DNA of 64,000 nucleotides from Enoplolaimus lenunculus. Lineage: Eukaryota. Shown piece by piece: positions 1 through 12,988 of the stretch (the stretch's first letter is position 1; the number at the start of each line of letters is the position of its first letter). The notes under the pieces were generated by a model. It did not search any database, was not told where the DNA came from, and saw nothing but the letters and a program-made list of their open reading frames with translations. Made by a program: the position numbers and the translations under genes. The DNA is taken from NCBI GenBank assembly GCA_030248215.1, contig JASANG010003696.1:62001-126000 (forward strand), in the 5' to 3' direction.

Positions 1-4
1 TCAG

Positions 5-3000
5 GAAACAAAGCATTTCAAGCGAGACAAAGCGTACTCATAAGAAATTGGGTGATAAAAAATTGAATAAGCTGGCGTCGAAAAGCACAGATGATATACC
101 TATTGATGTTCACGAGCATTTGATTGACGTGATGAATGAAGAGAAGCGAGGTCAGGCAGTCTCTTTGATGGAGACTGAGAAAAAGGTTAGCTTGTGATTA
201 GGTTGGGCCTAATCAGGGGTGGGGAGGGAAATCGGCAGCCACCCCTCGAAATTGTGACCTAAAAATCAAAAGTCACAAAATGTCACCTATTCTACCACGT
301 ACTGCAAGGAAAGAGATTAGCTTTGTAGTTGGGACTACAGAGTGGAATAAACAATAAGTTCAAAACTAGCTTGTCCTATGGATGGCGCAAAACTGTTAAT
401 TTTGCACATGGTCTGTTGTTTGAATTGCTGATTTATCCAAAGGCACCGCCAACATCTAATCAGCATTAATTGCGCTTTAGCTTGTCCTGGTCATTGAACA
501 CACAGGCTTTGTGATGTTACTTACTTAACGCCACTATGTCGAATTTGAAAAATCTTTGAATCACCATGCGTTTAAGGTATGTTTTTGCTAAGTGCTTTGA
601 AATTTTTATGCTTCTCACTCCTGATTATGATTATGTGTTTATTTTGCTTTTATTTTGCTATAGAATAGAAGAACAAGTAGACACAAACGTGGTATATATT
701 ATCACGATGACTATGATACAGGTTTACACATGGATACCGATTATTTGGACAAGCGGGTAAAAGAATTTTATTCAAGACGTAGCAATACAAGTGTACAGCA
801 TGATAATGAAGAACCAAGCGTGTACGATTTAATGCCAAAATATCCAAAATGTACGTCTTGGTAGTAAAGGGTGTTTAGGATGGAATACTAATTTGTCCCG
901 AAGCAGACGCGGTTCACAAATTTGACGAATGTGAGGTTAGATCTATGCTAGGGGTCTCTGTCGGTGTCTGAGGTATACATAAACAATATTAAACAAGTAT
1001 TTATTAATATTATATTTTTTCGCTAGGGTACACTGGCATGTACGGGACCAAGTGTGCAGATCAACGATTGTATTAATAGATCTTATCCGTGAATAACTGC
1101 AGTAACCTTCCCTCCATTGAGTTCGTACTGAGATAAAAGTACTATGTTGCATAGGTCGCATATTTCTATGAGATTTTGCTATTTATTGAAATATACTGTT
1201 AATCTCCGGTTCCGGCCGGATGCTTTGCTATGCGGTTACGGCTTCTATATTCTTTGGTATCTGATTGCACCGTGGAAGGTACGAAGTTATTATAACTCAG
1301 TGTAGACAGGTAAATTTTTTAATTTCAAGAATTAAATTCCGTTTTGTCGTCACGTGATTTTTTGGCTTATGTTGCCTCGAACCAGTTTTATGAATATAAC
1401 GCAGCTTGGACAGACCTTGCATATGTTTTTAAGGAAGTCAATTCCCTGAAAAGTGTGGTTAATTTTTAAATTAAATTTCCCGAAAGATTGTAGCGTTATC
1501 ATCCAGGCAAAATATTGGAAAACTTTTATTTCAGATATCTTATATTCGTGTGTGTATTGTCCGTTTGCTTCTCCATCCGAACGTGATTTTCGTGAGCATA
1601 AGCGACACCATTTTGGACGACACAAGGTCAATTGTTTGTATTGCAGTTATGGTGCTCAGTCAAATGATCTAATCACTGCTCATACGACGTTACATTTTGC
1701 GGAGACTTGCGAAAAGCGTAAATCTCCGCTGCTCAAACATTCAAGTCCAAATCTGGGGAAATATAGTGAGTTCTTAGTTCGAGTTTTTGTTTATTATGCA
1801 CGGTTCACAATAATTTTGGCAAATTGCGTTCAAGAAATGACCATGTGTTTAAACTTGCGTGAGATAATTGTTAGTTTTCAGGAAACCTTTATAACGCTAT
1901 TTAGTTATTTAACTTCATCAGTAATCACAGTTTTAGCTTTAGAACTTTTAAACATAAGAAATATTTTCATTTAAAACAGAAATTCGAAAATGACTAGCGA
2001 TATTTTATTGCTGTTTTGGTTTCAGAAGAAGGTGTTTGGGTTCCTGAAATTGATCCATCGTTCGAATGCGTATATTGCGGTCGCATATTCAGTTCGCCTG
2101 AAATTTGTTCAGCGCACGTAGCGCGGCATACATCAATCCGAAGGCCCGGAGACGAAGGCACCTCAGAAACCGGCAAGCGTGACACAGGGCAAGCGCTAGT
2201 TGTGGATAAGAAGCAAACTAACTGCGAAAATAATAGTTGTGATTTGGCTTCATCTGAAATCCTGGAACATCGAAATATGGTAAACGAATATTTGCTTTTG
2301 CACGTTAGTGGCGTTGGGTTTATGAACGCAGTTTTGTTAATTTGACTGTTTTAAGCGTTAAATTAGAAAATTTCGTCACGTGTGGATTTATTATGATTGT
2401 TTGCTATTTGCACGGATAGTTAACTAGCTTTGATTTTTTACTGTCTAAAACAGGCTTCAAAAATGGAGTTTAAGAGCCTTAATATCTGTTCTTTCGGAAA
2501 AGTTGTATACTTGATCTGATCAGACAATTTTGTGAACGCTTTTTTGCGGTTTGTTAAATTGCAAATTTAAGTTGTACAACTTTTGAATATTTTAGTAATG
2601 TCAGATATTTGTGTATTTACAGCATAAAAGTTGTCGTCTAACATTTTAGGCTGAGGTTTCATGTCAAACAGAGCTTGCAGACAGTGTTAGCGTTGATGGT
2701 CAAAGTTATGAACGTGGTTCTGCTAGTACAAAGCCGTTTAGTGGCGTTTTGGATGAACAACATCGTATGGAGCAATGTACTCAGACTGAAGAAGTAAATG
2801 ATTCGGGTAAAGGTAATCATAATATGGAAAATTTTAACGATAGGTCGCGAATACATCTTGATTACCGCAACGAACGAAAGTTTTAAGTTAAAAAAATTTT
2901 AAGTATGACAACATTGTCTTTTAACTTCGAATTATGTATTTAATAACAGCGAAAACGAAATAATATTGTTGAATGCTGATGAGTGAGGAAATTGCAGGTG

Positions 3001-4727
3001 GATTTGAAATTTGCTACTGAAATATATAATAGCAACTGAAGTTTGAAACCGGTTAGCTTTCAATATGGGGCATCGAGGCCAATAATTAATTTGCCGCTTC
3101 ATAACCGAGGCCATCAAATGCAATCCTCACTTGTTTCGGTGCGTCTTGAAGAGGTGCATAAGAATCTGATATTTCGGTCATGCAAAAGCTTTATGAAACA
3201 TTTAGTAGCAATTTTATGACGTGGTTTCAGCTGATAAGTTACCGTTAGATGCGGGTTCGACGACAGTGAATATGTCTCAGTGTGGTCAAGTCGAAGTGGA
3301 AACTGTTGCTGGTGCTCCCGCTGTTCCTCCGGATAAGGATATAGTAACCTCTTGTCTCAGTGAGAAATTGGTCGAAAACAAACTGACTGCAAATACCTCT
3401 GCTGAACAGATACCTCGATCTTTGGTAAATTCTGGCTTATTTTTGTGTTGTTCAGAGGTTTGGCGCACAATACATGCTCCGGGACTTTTAGTATATTTGT
3501 GTATTTATAAGATGAATATTTTATCATGTATGATTTTTTATGATCTTCAGGTGCGTTAGTTTAGATAAAATTTGAATTATGTGTTAATTTCTAGCTATTT
3601 GTGAAGTTTTAAGTAACGAAGCAGATGCGGAAAAGTGTAAAATCAGTCCAAAAGAGTGTTGTGGTCACATATGTATATATGTGCGTGTGTCTTAAATTCA
3701 GTATTATACAGGGATAGGTAAACTTGCGTTAAACTTACTCACCGATGTATAGACTAGGTTTCTAACAAAGTCATAGCATTTAGCTTAAGTTTAAGCGTAT
3801 ATAGGGCCAAGTATATGCTTAACGTTAAAATTAACATTTAGTTTGTGTTAGGGACCTGTTGTATGTATAGGACAGTTTATTTTTTTATTTTTTTTATTTC
3901 TAGAATGATCTCTTGATGAATGAGACTCGAAATCTTTTCAAAGAAGCATATATGTTGAGTCCGTCTCTCAAAAACAATATATTCAAATTTATGACCGGAA
4001 ATCGAGGTACAACAATTTTATCATAACGTATAATGTACAGTGTTGTTGGCGTCAGTATCTAAAATTACATAAGTTGTTTAGTTTTGCAGAAGCGGATGAT
4101 TTTTTAAATTGGTTTAAACGTAAATGTATGGTTAAAAATTAGTTTCAGGCTTGAAGTTAGTGTTGAGTTTGGCAAAATCTTCCCAATTACGGCAGTTTGA
4201 ATATGGCTCTCTTGTACTCAATTGAACAATGAATCAATACTACAAAATGAAGCGGCTAGGGAGTGTAATGCACTCGTGTAGGTGGACATTTCATAACAGT
4301 AACCATCAACTTAGCATAAATGAAATGAGTACTCAAAAAACGGAACGTGCGCTGGGTATTATATTTGTTCTGGCGCTGATTATGTCCCGTCATAAGTGCC
4401 ACAGAGGTTTCGGCAATTGCGAATATTCCAGACAACCCGTTCCCAGCACAAGGTTCTGTTGTGACGATCAAGCTCAATGAAACGCGATTGCCATTGACTG
4501 CAACTAAAACCAGAAATATCAGTAGGAAGACGGATGTGGAACCGACGGAACGTTCACTAGCTTTAAATGATGATGGCAGCGAGTTGCTTGTGGAGCAATC
4601 TGGAATGGAATCTGATAGCTTACGAAGCGATGCAGAAGAATATTTACTCAAGGAATCATTTGTACAATTGGACTATTCGTTAGGTGAATGGCGGAAAATA
4701 ACGAAGATGAAAAAGGTTAATGAATGA
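5..4727 (+). CDS. 3' portion of a spliced gene: three C2H2 zinc fingers plus a NELF-A (WHSC2)-like C-terminal domain; 5' end lies outside the window
   Basis: Phase-consistent AG/GT exons 5-185, 664-849, 1535-1765, 2026-2279, 2650-2812, 3231-3424, 3904-4006, 4432-4727 (TGA). Fingers: CVYC..REHKRHH, CLYC..AHTTLH, CVYC..AHVARH. The C-terminus ETRNLFKEAYMLSPSLKNNIFKFMTGNRDNPFPAQGSVVTIKLNE...ESFVQLDYSLGEWRKITKMK resembles the NELF-A C-terminal motif as recalled (EMFKTANKVTRPEKALILGFMAGSRENP..QGDVIQIKLSE...VFEMNYATGQWTRFKK). Confidence 0.8.
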
Positions 4728-5287
4728 AACTGCATATTTTGTTGTTTTGGCGAAATTACTTTTCATTTTTCTGTGGGTGTTTGGCTAAGTGAATACAGGA
4801 TGTGATTAGTGAAATCGCGATTGCGTTTTAAACCGCTGCACTGATCGCGACAACTATCGTTGGATGTAATCCGGCGCAAACGCGGTTAGAACTGTTGATT
4901 GGAAACCCGACTGGACGCAACCAAAAGAAATTCAGATGTAATTATAAGAGGACGACCGCAGACGTAGTAGGCTTAGTCGCGATTACTGTGCACTTAGTCT
5001 GTGACTTTATTTCCGTTGCGCTATTGTAAAATCTAGACGTAGTAAAAAGGTAATGTTACGGAGAATCTGAACGTTAGCAATATTTTGAAAATAGGTATTT
5101 TTGATCACAATTTGTTCAGTTTCAATCCAGTAGTATATGCCGCAAAAAGTTGTATTGCTTGTATATGTTCCTTTTATGTCTGCATTTTCAATGCAACTAA
5201 ACAAATAATGTTTTGTATGTGCGTAGTTCTTCCCCGTTTAAATGAAGTATGTGCATAAGTTGAAACTGCTACAAAAAATGACCACGG

Positions 5288-5725
5288 TGTGCAACCGTAA
5301 TTCCATTTCTGATTAGAAAGAGACAATAATTGGTTGTAGTTTAGCTTTACAGAACCAAAAAGTATCGCCAATTTTTTCATGCGACGTTTTTGTAAAGAAA
5401 GTATTGTTGCCAGCCAACATAAATTTTTTGTGTTGATTTGCGAATAATCCAGATTCGATTTGCAACCTAGAAATGACTACATTTAAACTAGCAATGCTAA
5501 AGCGCTCTGTGCAACCGTAATTCCAATTCTGATTAGAAAATTACAATAATTGATTGTAGTTTAGTTTTACAGAACCAAAAAGCATCGCCAATTTTTTCAT
5601 GCGACGTTTTTGAAAAGTATTGTTGCCAGCCAACATAAATTTTCTGTGTTGATTTGCGAATAATCCAGTTTCGATTTGCAACCTAGAAATGACTACATTT
5701 AAACTAGCAATGCTAAAGCGCTCTG
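5288..5725. repeat. Tandem duplication, two near-identical ~220-bp copies
   Basis: Unit tgtgcaaccgtaattcca...ctaaagcgctc starts at 5288 and again at 5508, with few substitutions. Confidence 0.9.
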
Positions 5726-6419
5726 AACATTGTAATGTAACGGATATACTTCAGAAACAAAACAACCTTAACACAGTATAAAATATGACGAATAAAGCTG
5801 CTAAATAAAACAGTAAGCAAGCGCACATTATAATTTTAAAGCCGTGGCAGGTTTCAAGTATATTGATATCTACTGAATACAATTGTTCTAAGTATACCAA
5901 TTATTGCTAGCCTAAGCCTAAAAGTTAAAGTTCGATTGCTGTGTCTGTTCTTTTCTTGTATTCGATGCTTTGCATTATCTCTACGAGGCACAGGTGCACT
6001 GAAAATGGGTGAAGGTTAATTTACGTGTTGTGATTTCTGAGGCTTAAACCATAATACTTAAACGCATAGATGGAAGTAGGGCTTGAGGGCACCGTGGTGT
6101 GGCGTAATTTAGACTGTCCCAGTGGACAGACAGCCACTTGGTGTAAAAATCGGACGACGTTGAAATTTTACCTCGATATAAGTTGCGAACATTTTGTTCG
6201 GTAGATTAAATATTTAAAATTTTCATCATCCTTTAAAAACTTCGGTCTGTGCGCTTTGTAATTCATGCATGACAATACGTAAATCAACGTGACGTCACTG
6301 AAATGCTGTTAATTATTTCGCTGCATATAAACTGCTACTTTCGTGGGGTAGATCGGTTTTTCCGTGGAGCCCCACAGGGTTGCTTGAAACAGACCTGCAA
6401 TTGATCATTTTTCCGTTAA

Positions 6420-6572
6420 CCTGTTCTCACATGAATATTTACTGTTAAGTACGTATAACAACTTTCGTCAAACTACAAATGCTCAAAACCGTGACGATTT
6501 CATCAAAATTTGAAAAATTTCCGTTGATTGATCTATCAAGTTTGTCGTTTCAGTTTTATGCGTGAGAAGAGG
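6420..6572. mobile_element. piggyBac-like MITE (TTAA-flanked)
   Basis: TTAA-cctgttctcacatg ... tgcgtgagaagagg-TTAA. Related ends (cctttctcacatgaatattt / gagagaaagggttaa) recur at ~51710-52770. Confidence 0.6.
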
Positions 6573-6868
6573 TTAATGAAATCAACGTTTCATAAAATTT
6601 CTGTTATACTTTGCTTAACGACCATACGTATTGGTTTCGAAAAGGTTAATTATTGTGCACCATCATACATAAAACAGATTGGTTTGTAATTATACCTAAG
6701 ACAACACGGTCCAAGTATAGATGAGGGCCGGCCATTTTCCGCAGGATTTGAGAAGCTTTAGTCCCGTTTTTGCTCAGGGTTAGATTAGGCTTTGGCTTAG
6801 GGTACCTATGTTCATTCTTATGCTGAGACTTTCGGTTACGCTTCGAATACGCATATACACTGTTTTTA

Positions 6869-7066
6869 TACTGCAAAAATGGTGATTCAAATTGACTCTC
6901 TCCGAAATGCGCTTTTCCTGACTAGACAAGCTGAGTCAAAAGTTGGCTAAGCCAGAGTCAAATGCGACTCAATTTGACTCTGACGGAGTCGAATTTTGAC
7001 TCAGTTTGTGTAGTCAGAAAAAGCGTATTTCGGAGAGAGTAAATTTGACTCACCATTTTTGCAGTG
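6869..7066. mobile_element. Palindromic MITE family A (CACTGCAAAAAATGGTGA termini)
   Basis: Long terminal inverted repeats with internal GAGTCAAA/TTTGACTC units; other copies at 33838-34004, 34208-34373, 47260-47464. Confidence 0.8.
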
Positions 7067-8019
7067 TACAGCCATCATCTATACATTGACCCACAACACA
7101 ATTAAGCTACTTGGACTGAAACGCTCAGGTTTTCTATTGAAGTTCTAAACAATCAATAAACGTTGTTTGTCATGGACTTTGAACAGATTTCATTGAAAAC
7201 CCGCCATGCTTCTGAAACATAAAATAGCAACGCTAAACAATTTTTACTAAACGTGAATCATTTTATAGGGAGTGTAGCGCAAAGCGTAACATTTTTCTCG
7301 AGCTTGCCAGAAATTTCTGAAAACTCTTCCGACGCTATTTGTATACGCACCAGAAAATTTACCGTCCTAATATTTAACAGAGGTTATAGAGCTAAACAAT
7401 TTTTACTGCCAACAATGGTACAACCGGAGGTGCGCCTCCGGTTCAGTCAGTAAATCGACCTAAATAAAAGAAACGCGAATCATTTTACAAGTGAGCAGCG
7501 TAAAGTGTCATATTTCCAGAATTTTGGAAGGCTCTATTTTCAGATGATCTTTGTATCAGGGTACAACCGGAGGTCTGCCTCCGGCTGCGGCAAAAAATCG
7601 GCCTGCTCCGGCTACAAACAACATAACATATTTTAGATATTGACTAAAATTAGGTAATTAAACATCATTTTTACTACCTAATTTCGACTCTGCGGCAAGT
7701 TTCGTTGACCTCCGGCTTCGGCTATGGTATTTTTCACCACCGGTTGAACCGTGCTTTGTATATACACTCTAGAGTAATTACACTAAAATTTGGTGCGAAA
7801 TTCAGAGTCAACATATTTAAAAGATGTTCTGGAAACATTCATAAGCCTTAGAAAAGTTTGCATATGCTTTAAAGCATCCAGGTTTTTCCAAAAGTGGTTG
7901 TGTACATGGACAATCAAATTTGGCTAATCAATGTGGTATAACGACGAGAGTTTTTGATGGTTTCTTTAAAGGGTTGAGGTAAAATGTGCTATGACTTGCA
8001 GGTCAAACTTAAACATGTA

Positions 8020-8232
8020 CACAGTAAATTTCAGTGAGTTGATTTCAACTCAGAATGAGTTGAATACTCATTCTGCGTTAGGACTATCAGAACTCATAAT
8101 TTTTAGTTGATTCAATTCATTAATTCAACTCACTCAGTGTCAACTCAACTCTGAGGGAGAATTAACTCACCTGAGAGTGAGTTAATGTTTACTGAATTCA
8201 GAAATAACCAACGCGCTCTGGAATTTACAGTG
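8020..8232. mobile_element. MITE family B (CACTGTAAAT...ATTTACAGTG termini, GAGTT/AACTC-rich)
   Basis: Inverted termini; homologous copies at 35386-35637, 36326-36578, ~36806-36990 (partial), 43237-43484. Confidence 0.75.
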
Positions 8233-11200
8233 TAGGACTTCTCGACGGGGATACGATATCAACTTTATCATGCACGTTAAGCGAAACTCTTCAGACGTTT
8301 TGTAGCTGGTTTTAGATATTAAAAATTATGAACCTGCCCTGGGAGAGATCCGAGCAAAATTAGGTTATAAAATAAATGTTGAGCTTGCATATTTTAGCAG
8401 TATTTTGCAGGGATGTCATGGTGGAAAAATTTTCAACCCTACCACAGCGTGGATAGCTCCAACACTAAGACTGATTCCGGTCCTGGCTACCCCATAAGCG
8501 TCTCGACCTCATTTGCATTTCGCCGACACCCACAATTGGGTGTCCGCTATGCGGTTGAGGTCCAGAGCCACACATCCTGATACTCCTTTTCCTTGCCACA
8601 AAACACCACCACAACAACAACAATATGGTTATCCGCACAACCAATCACAAAGCACCATGTTGGTGCTGACATAGCCTAGCTATGTCGTTAGTCGCAAAAA
8701 TAGCCAACAGCATACGCAATAATATTCAACAGATATTTCACGGCCACGCAGGGCCCAGCTAAGTTTGACATTGCGGACACAGCCGCCATAGCATCAATTT
8801 AACCATTTCTACGCCTTGTAGCAACGCCTAAGCCTAACTTAAGTTCTAAGAAAGACTAGGTGGAGCCAGGGACTCCCTTAAGGTGTGGTTTTGATATTTG
8901 GTTTTTATATTTTAGTTTTAGTTTGAAAAAGGTTTAAGTGTGGCAGAGCCACCTACAGTGGGGATCCCCATGTGTGTTCCCGAGGGCATTCGCACCACCT
9001 CCGCCATACTTCGGACGTGCTGAACGTCACGTAGGATGTGCTGCAGATGTCCTGGTATTTTGTAAACAAATGAAACATGCCCTAAAGGCTCTATGACAAA
9101 TGATTAATGACGGTTTAGCCTTGATTCCTTAAAGCGAGGCTAAAGCCCAATAGTGCAAGTTCGTGCCGCGAGACCTCTCGGCTGCAATTCGCACGTGCAA
9201 TTTTTGGACAGAATGAACTTGCAATAACAAGTTTTGCTCGAAAGCACTGGTAGGGCATGGTTTGCGGGATTACACTAAAGTAAAGTTAAGCTATGGGCTA
9301 TTTTTGCATAGACGAGGCTAGCCCGCACGCTTAAGAATACATGCTTATAAATACTGCTGTTCCGACACTGATACATTGGTCCGTTTTGAATAAACGGTTA
9401 TTCAAAATATATGTTCATGCTTTCAAGGTATTTAAACCGAACATTAGAAAATAAACAAAACACAATAAAATCCGCTCAACCGAAATCTGGATAGCCTGTT
9501 TTTACTATACTATGGAAATTTAAAAAATAAAAATATGAAAACAAGCACTAAAATCATGCATGAAAGCATAAAACACTACAAGCGCTTGCCAAAATGGTTT
9601 AAAATTTTCGCAATAGAAAACGGAATAGGTAGGTAGTCACAATTTTTAATATACGCCAAAATTCAACACTGCACACTATGTCGGTAGATATTTCCGGCGC
9701 GGAGCAAAATTAATTATGAATTGATTCAGCGTCAAAACCTCTCAAATTTATAAAACAAAGAGATGTTTTACTTAAATTTTGAGTAAATTAATATAACCAA
9801 AGACGACGTTTGTTCAATGACGTCATATTGTCAGCTGAGATCCAAGAGTAACTAAGCTCTAATAGTTCATTCTTAAAATATGTAATTGGTGTACAATCTC
9901 AGTAGCGGATCCAGGATTTTGCGACAGGATACAATTTGTGTTTAGAAATTTCACAGTTACTGAATCAGATACGTATTTGCCAAATATTTTGATTTTTTAA
10001 TATTTAATAATACAGTGCATACAGTGCAATTTTTGAACTAAATGTTACACTCGCTATGTGTTTGACTACTAAACAAATTGTGAGCTACAATATCATTTAC
10101 ATCGCAAAGCTGACTATACAAATCTTCAACTTTCTTGAACACAAAAGCAAAAGCTGAAAAATATACTAAAGCTTAAAATAAAAAAATATTGTAAATAAAA
10201 TTTGCAATCTAAAATGCAAAAATCAATACTATGCACTAAAAGTTATATTATGCATCCGTGCAGTATAACGAAAATTAACGGCATTTCAGCGATTTTTATG
10301 TTGACTTCCATGGGGCCGTCCTTAATTCGCTCGCACTTCGCATCGTGCCAAACCAGTTATTTGACATTAACTCGTTACCGAAACGTTTTGAACGCGAAAT
10401 TTTATGCAATTAACCTACGTATCTTTTTGAGACTTTGCAACTTTCTACAAGTTTTAAATTGAATTTAACAAGTGACAAATGTAAAAACTTTGGCGAACGA
10501 TAAAAATTTTAGGTATTTAATCTGCCGCAAGAAATTTCAGCTTAAATTTGACGCATAAGCTTATATTTAGAGAAAGGCATAAGTTTAGGGGTACGCTTAG
10601 GCTTCGATTTAGCGCATAGGCTATTTAGCATCGGTCGAAATATATCTACAAGAATGTCGTGGGGTAATAATTTTCAACCCACAACCCACCCGTCCCGACG
10701 AAAATTTTTGTGCAAATCCACCCGACGATTCTTATAGGGATCCCCACCACTCCGCAAGGTTCCGACCGTGTGGTAGTCATGTATTTTGTAATACGTATCC
10801 GACGACTATCTGTAGCACCAATTGTTATTTACCATTTTTTGGACATTCATTAATTCCTTGAAATTGTATACGGGACTGAGTTACTCAATGTCGGTAGCAA
10901 AAAATGTACTGGTTCAAGTTACATCTGCAATTTCAAACGCCACCCGTGTCGTGTGTCCTCAATGGCGCCCGCAGAGAATATAAACTGGAAGGCGCCATGA
11001 AAGGCAGGGACATAAGCACGTGATGGCTACTGAGAATTATGAATAACACTCTCATGCTCTGAAGTGAATGCGATGAAAATTTTAACCCCGTGACAGTATG
11101 AGGATCGCCGCCTAAAATTTGAAAAACTTCAACTGCAACCAAATACGATTTAAGACACACAAGGCTACAACATTTCGGTTTAAAACAAAATCTCCTAAAA

Positions 11201-11696
11201 TGGCACACAGCACGAAATTAAATTCAAGCTACACACGATAGCATGCTGTATATATAACGTATAAGCATTCGCTGCAAAAACAATACAACAAAATAAATAA
11301 ATTAAAAATTATTGTATATATTAAAATAAAATTTATTATGCACAGTTTTTTCAACTGAGTTTCGTTGATCACAGTCATAGACGAGTCTAAAACAACCGAA
11401 AGAAAGACTTCAATAAAGTAAAATATGCCAGGCTTTTTAACCCCCGAGGGTCGAAGAGTTTGCTCACGACAGGGGCCGACATTTAATACGTTTTCCGTTG
11501 ACAATATTTACGTTTCCCAGCAAAAACTTCAACTGCCTTCAAACCGTTTCGCAGGGGCCGCGTGCTTTAAATTAATCAATTATTGTTTTACAAAGCTGAA
11601 AGTATGTTCAACTCAAAAAGTATCATTCGCCGAACTTATTTATTTCAATACTGGAACTCACCATATTTGTGCATTTATCTACACAGAGTCGCACGT

Positions 11697-12068
11697 AAAC
11701 AGCTATTCGCCCCAGTCGGCAACTGGGACGCCCCAAACGACAGTAATTGCTTTCGGGGCAGCACAAACAACTACTGAAATACTAACTGTTTAAGATTGGA
11801 TGATTGTACAGACCAAACAGCAGCTGCTGGATAGCCAATCAAATTGCGCCTGTGTAATTCGTCTATATAAATCATGCTTAATTTATAGTTTGCAAATATG
11901 GTGACGCCAAATAATTACTGTGCAAGTCAGTTTTCTTGCATATAGTCAACGCTGAACAACCAATCGAAATTAGTCTGCATTCCAGCAGTTGTTTGAGCTG
12001 CCCCGTATAGTAATTGTTGTTTGGGACGTCCCAGTTGCCAACTGGTGCAAATCTCAAATAGCTGCTTG
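11697..12068. mobile_element. Foldback/MITE with ~90-bp inverted arms
   Basis: aaacagctatt..cagtcggcaactgggacgccccaaac..ggggcagcacaaacaactactg is the reverse complement of cagcagttgtttgagctgcccc..gtttgggacgtcccagttgccaactg..aatagctg. Confidence 0.65.
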
Positions 12069-12988
12069 GGGCACGACATATATATTTTCGTTTACGGTGA
12101 AAATACTGGCGAAGTATATTAATAAAAAATAACCAAAATTCGCGTGTTTCAACAACTGAAGCATGGCAACAATTTAGTGCGTAAACTTATAACCTTTTAG
12201 ACATTCACCACATGCAGTTCTATGACCTCCGACGGTAAATCTCACACAGCGAAAGCCTTTAGCACCAGTTGGTGAAAGGCTTCTGATCAAGGGAACATCG
12301 GTGTTGATGTTTCACTTTATAGTTTCCTTTATTTCCAGAGTTTCCGAAACGAAAAAGGCCACAAGATTTATCATCAACTGGCATGAGATACTCCCCCACA
12401 TCTCACAATACCGATAGCTAATTAAAGCCAGAGTTACATTTGGCAGCTTATAGCAAACCAAATGCTGTTCCGCGAACAATTATACAACCGCTACAAAACA
12501 CGCTACGTAAATATTCAGGGTCTAGCACAAGCACAATCAACGGTAATATACTTAAAAATAAAAATGCAGACTGCGTAACTCACAATTGCTAATACACTCT
12601 AACCCTGTGGATATCTCAAACACTGCTATGCTATCCAAATTTAATGTTAGCACCAAACGTTAACATTCGCACAACTTTCTTTAATGCAATATTTGGTTAC
12701 TTCATTTACTTCATCTTTGATGCCGCTAGTTCAAGCACAAACTTGGTATACAAAACGAGAATTTTTCAAAATTACACAGCGTTGAGTGTGTATCTGTGTG
12801 GTTGCCCTAGCAAGCCACTCAACTATATTTTGAAACGTCCTACTACCAATTTAACGGCCACCTAACTAACATTTCCAAGCCGACTTTAGCAAACCAGCCA
12901 AAACCATGCTGTTCAAAGCAACACAACATTAAGTACCTTCCTACTTACCTTCAACCTGCGGTTAGCCACTTAATCAAGGATGAAATCC

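Noticed and set aside
8470..8590. HDV-like ribozyme suggested by a hairpin followed by GGCGAA
   Set aside because: P1 and P2 pairings required for the double pseudoknot could not be formed; kept only as a generic hairpin.
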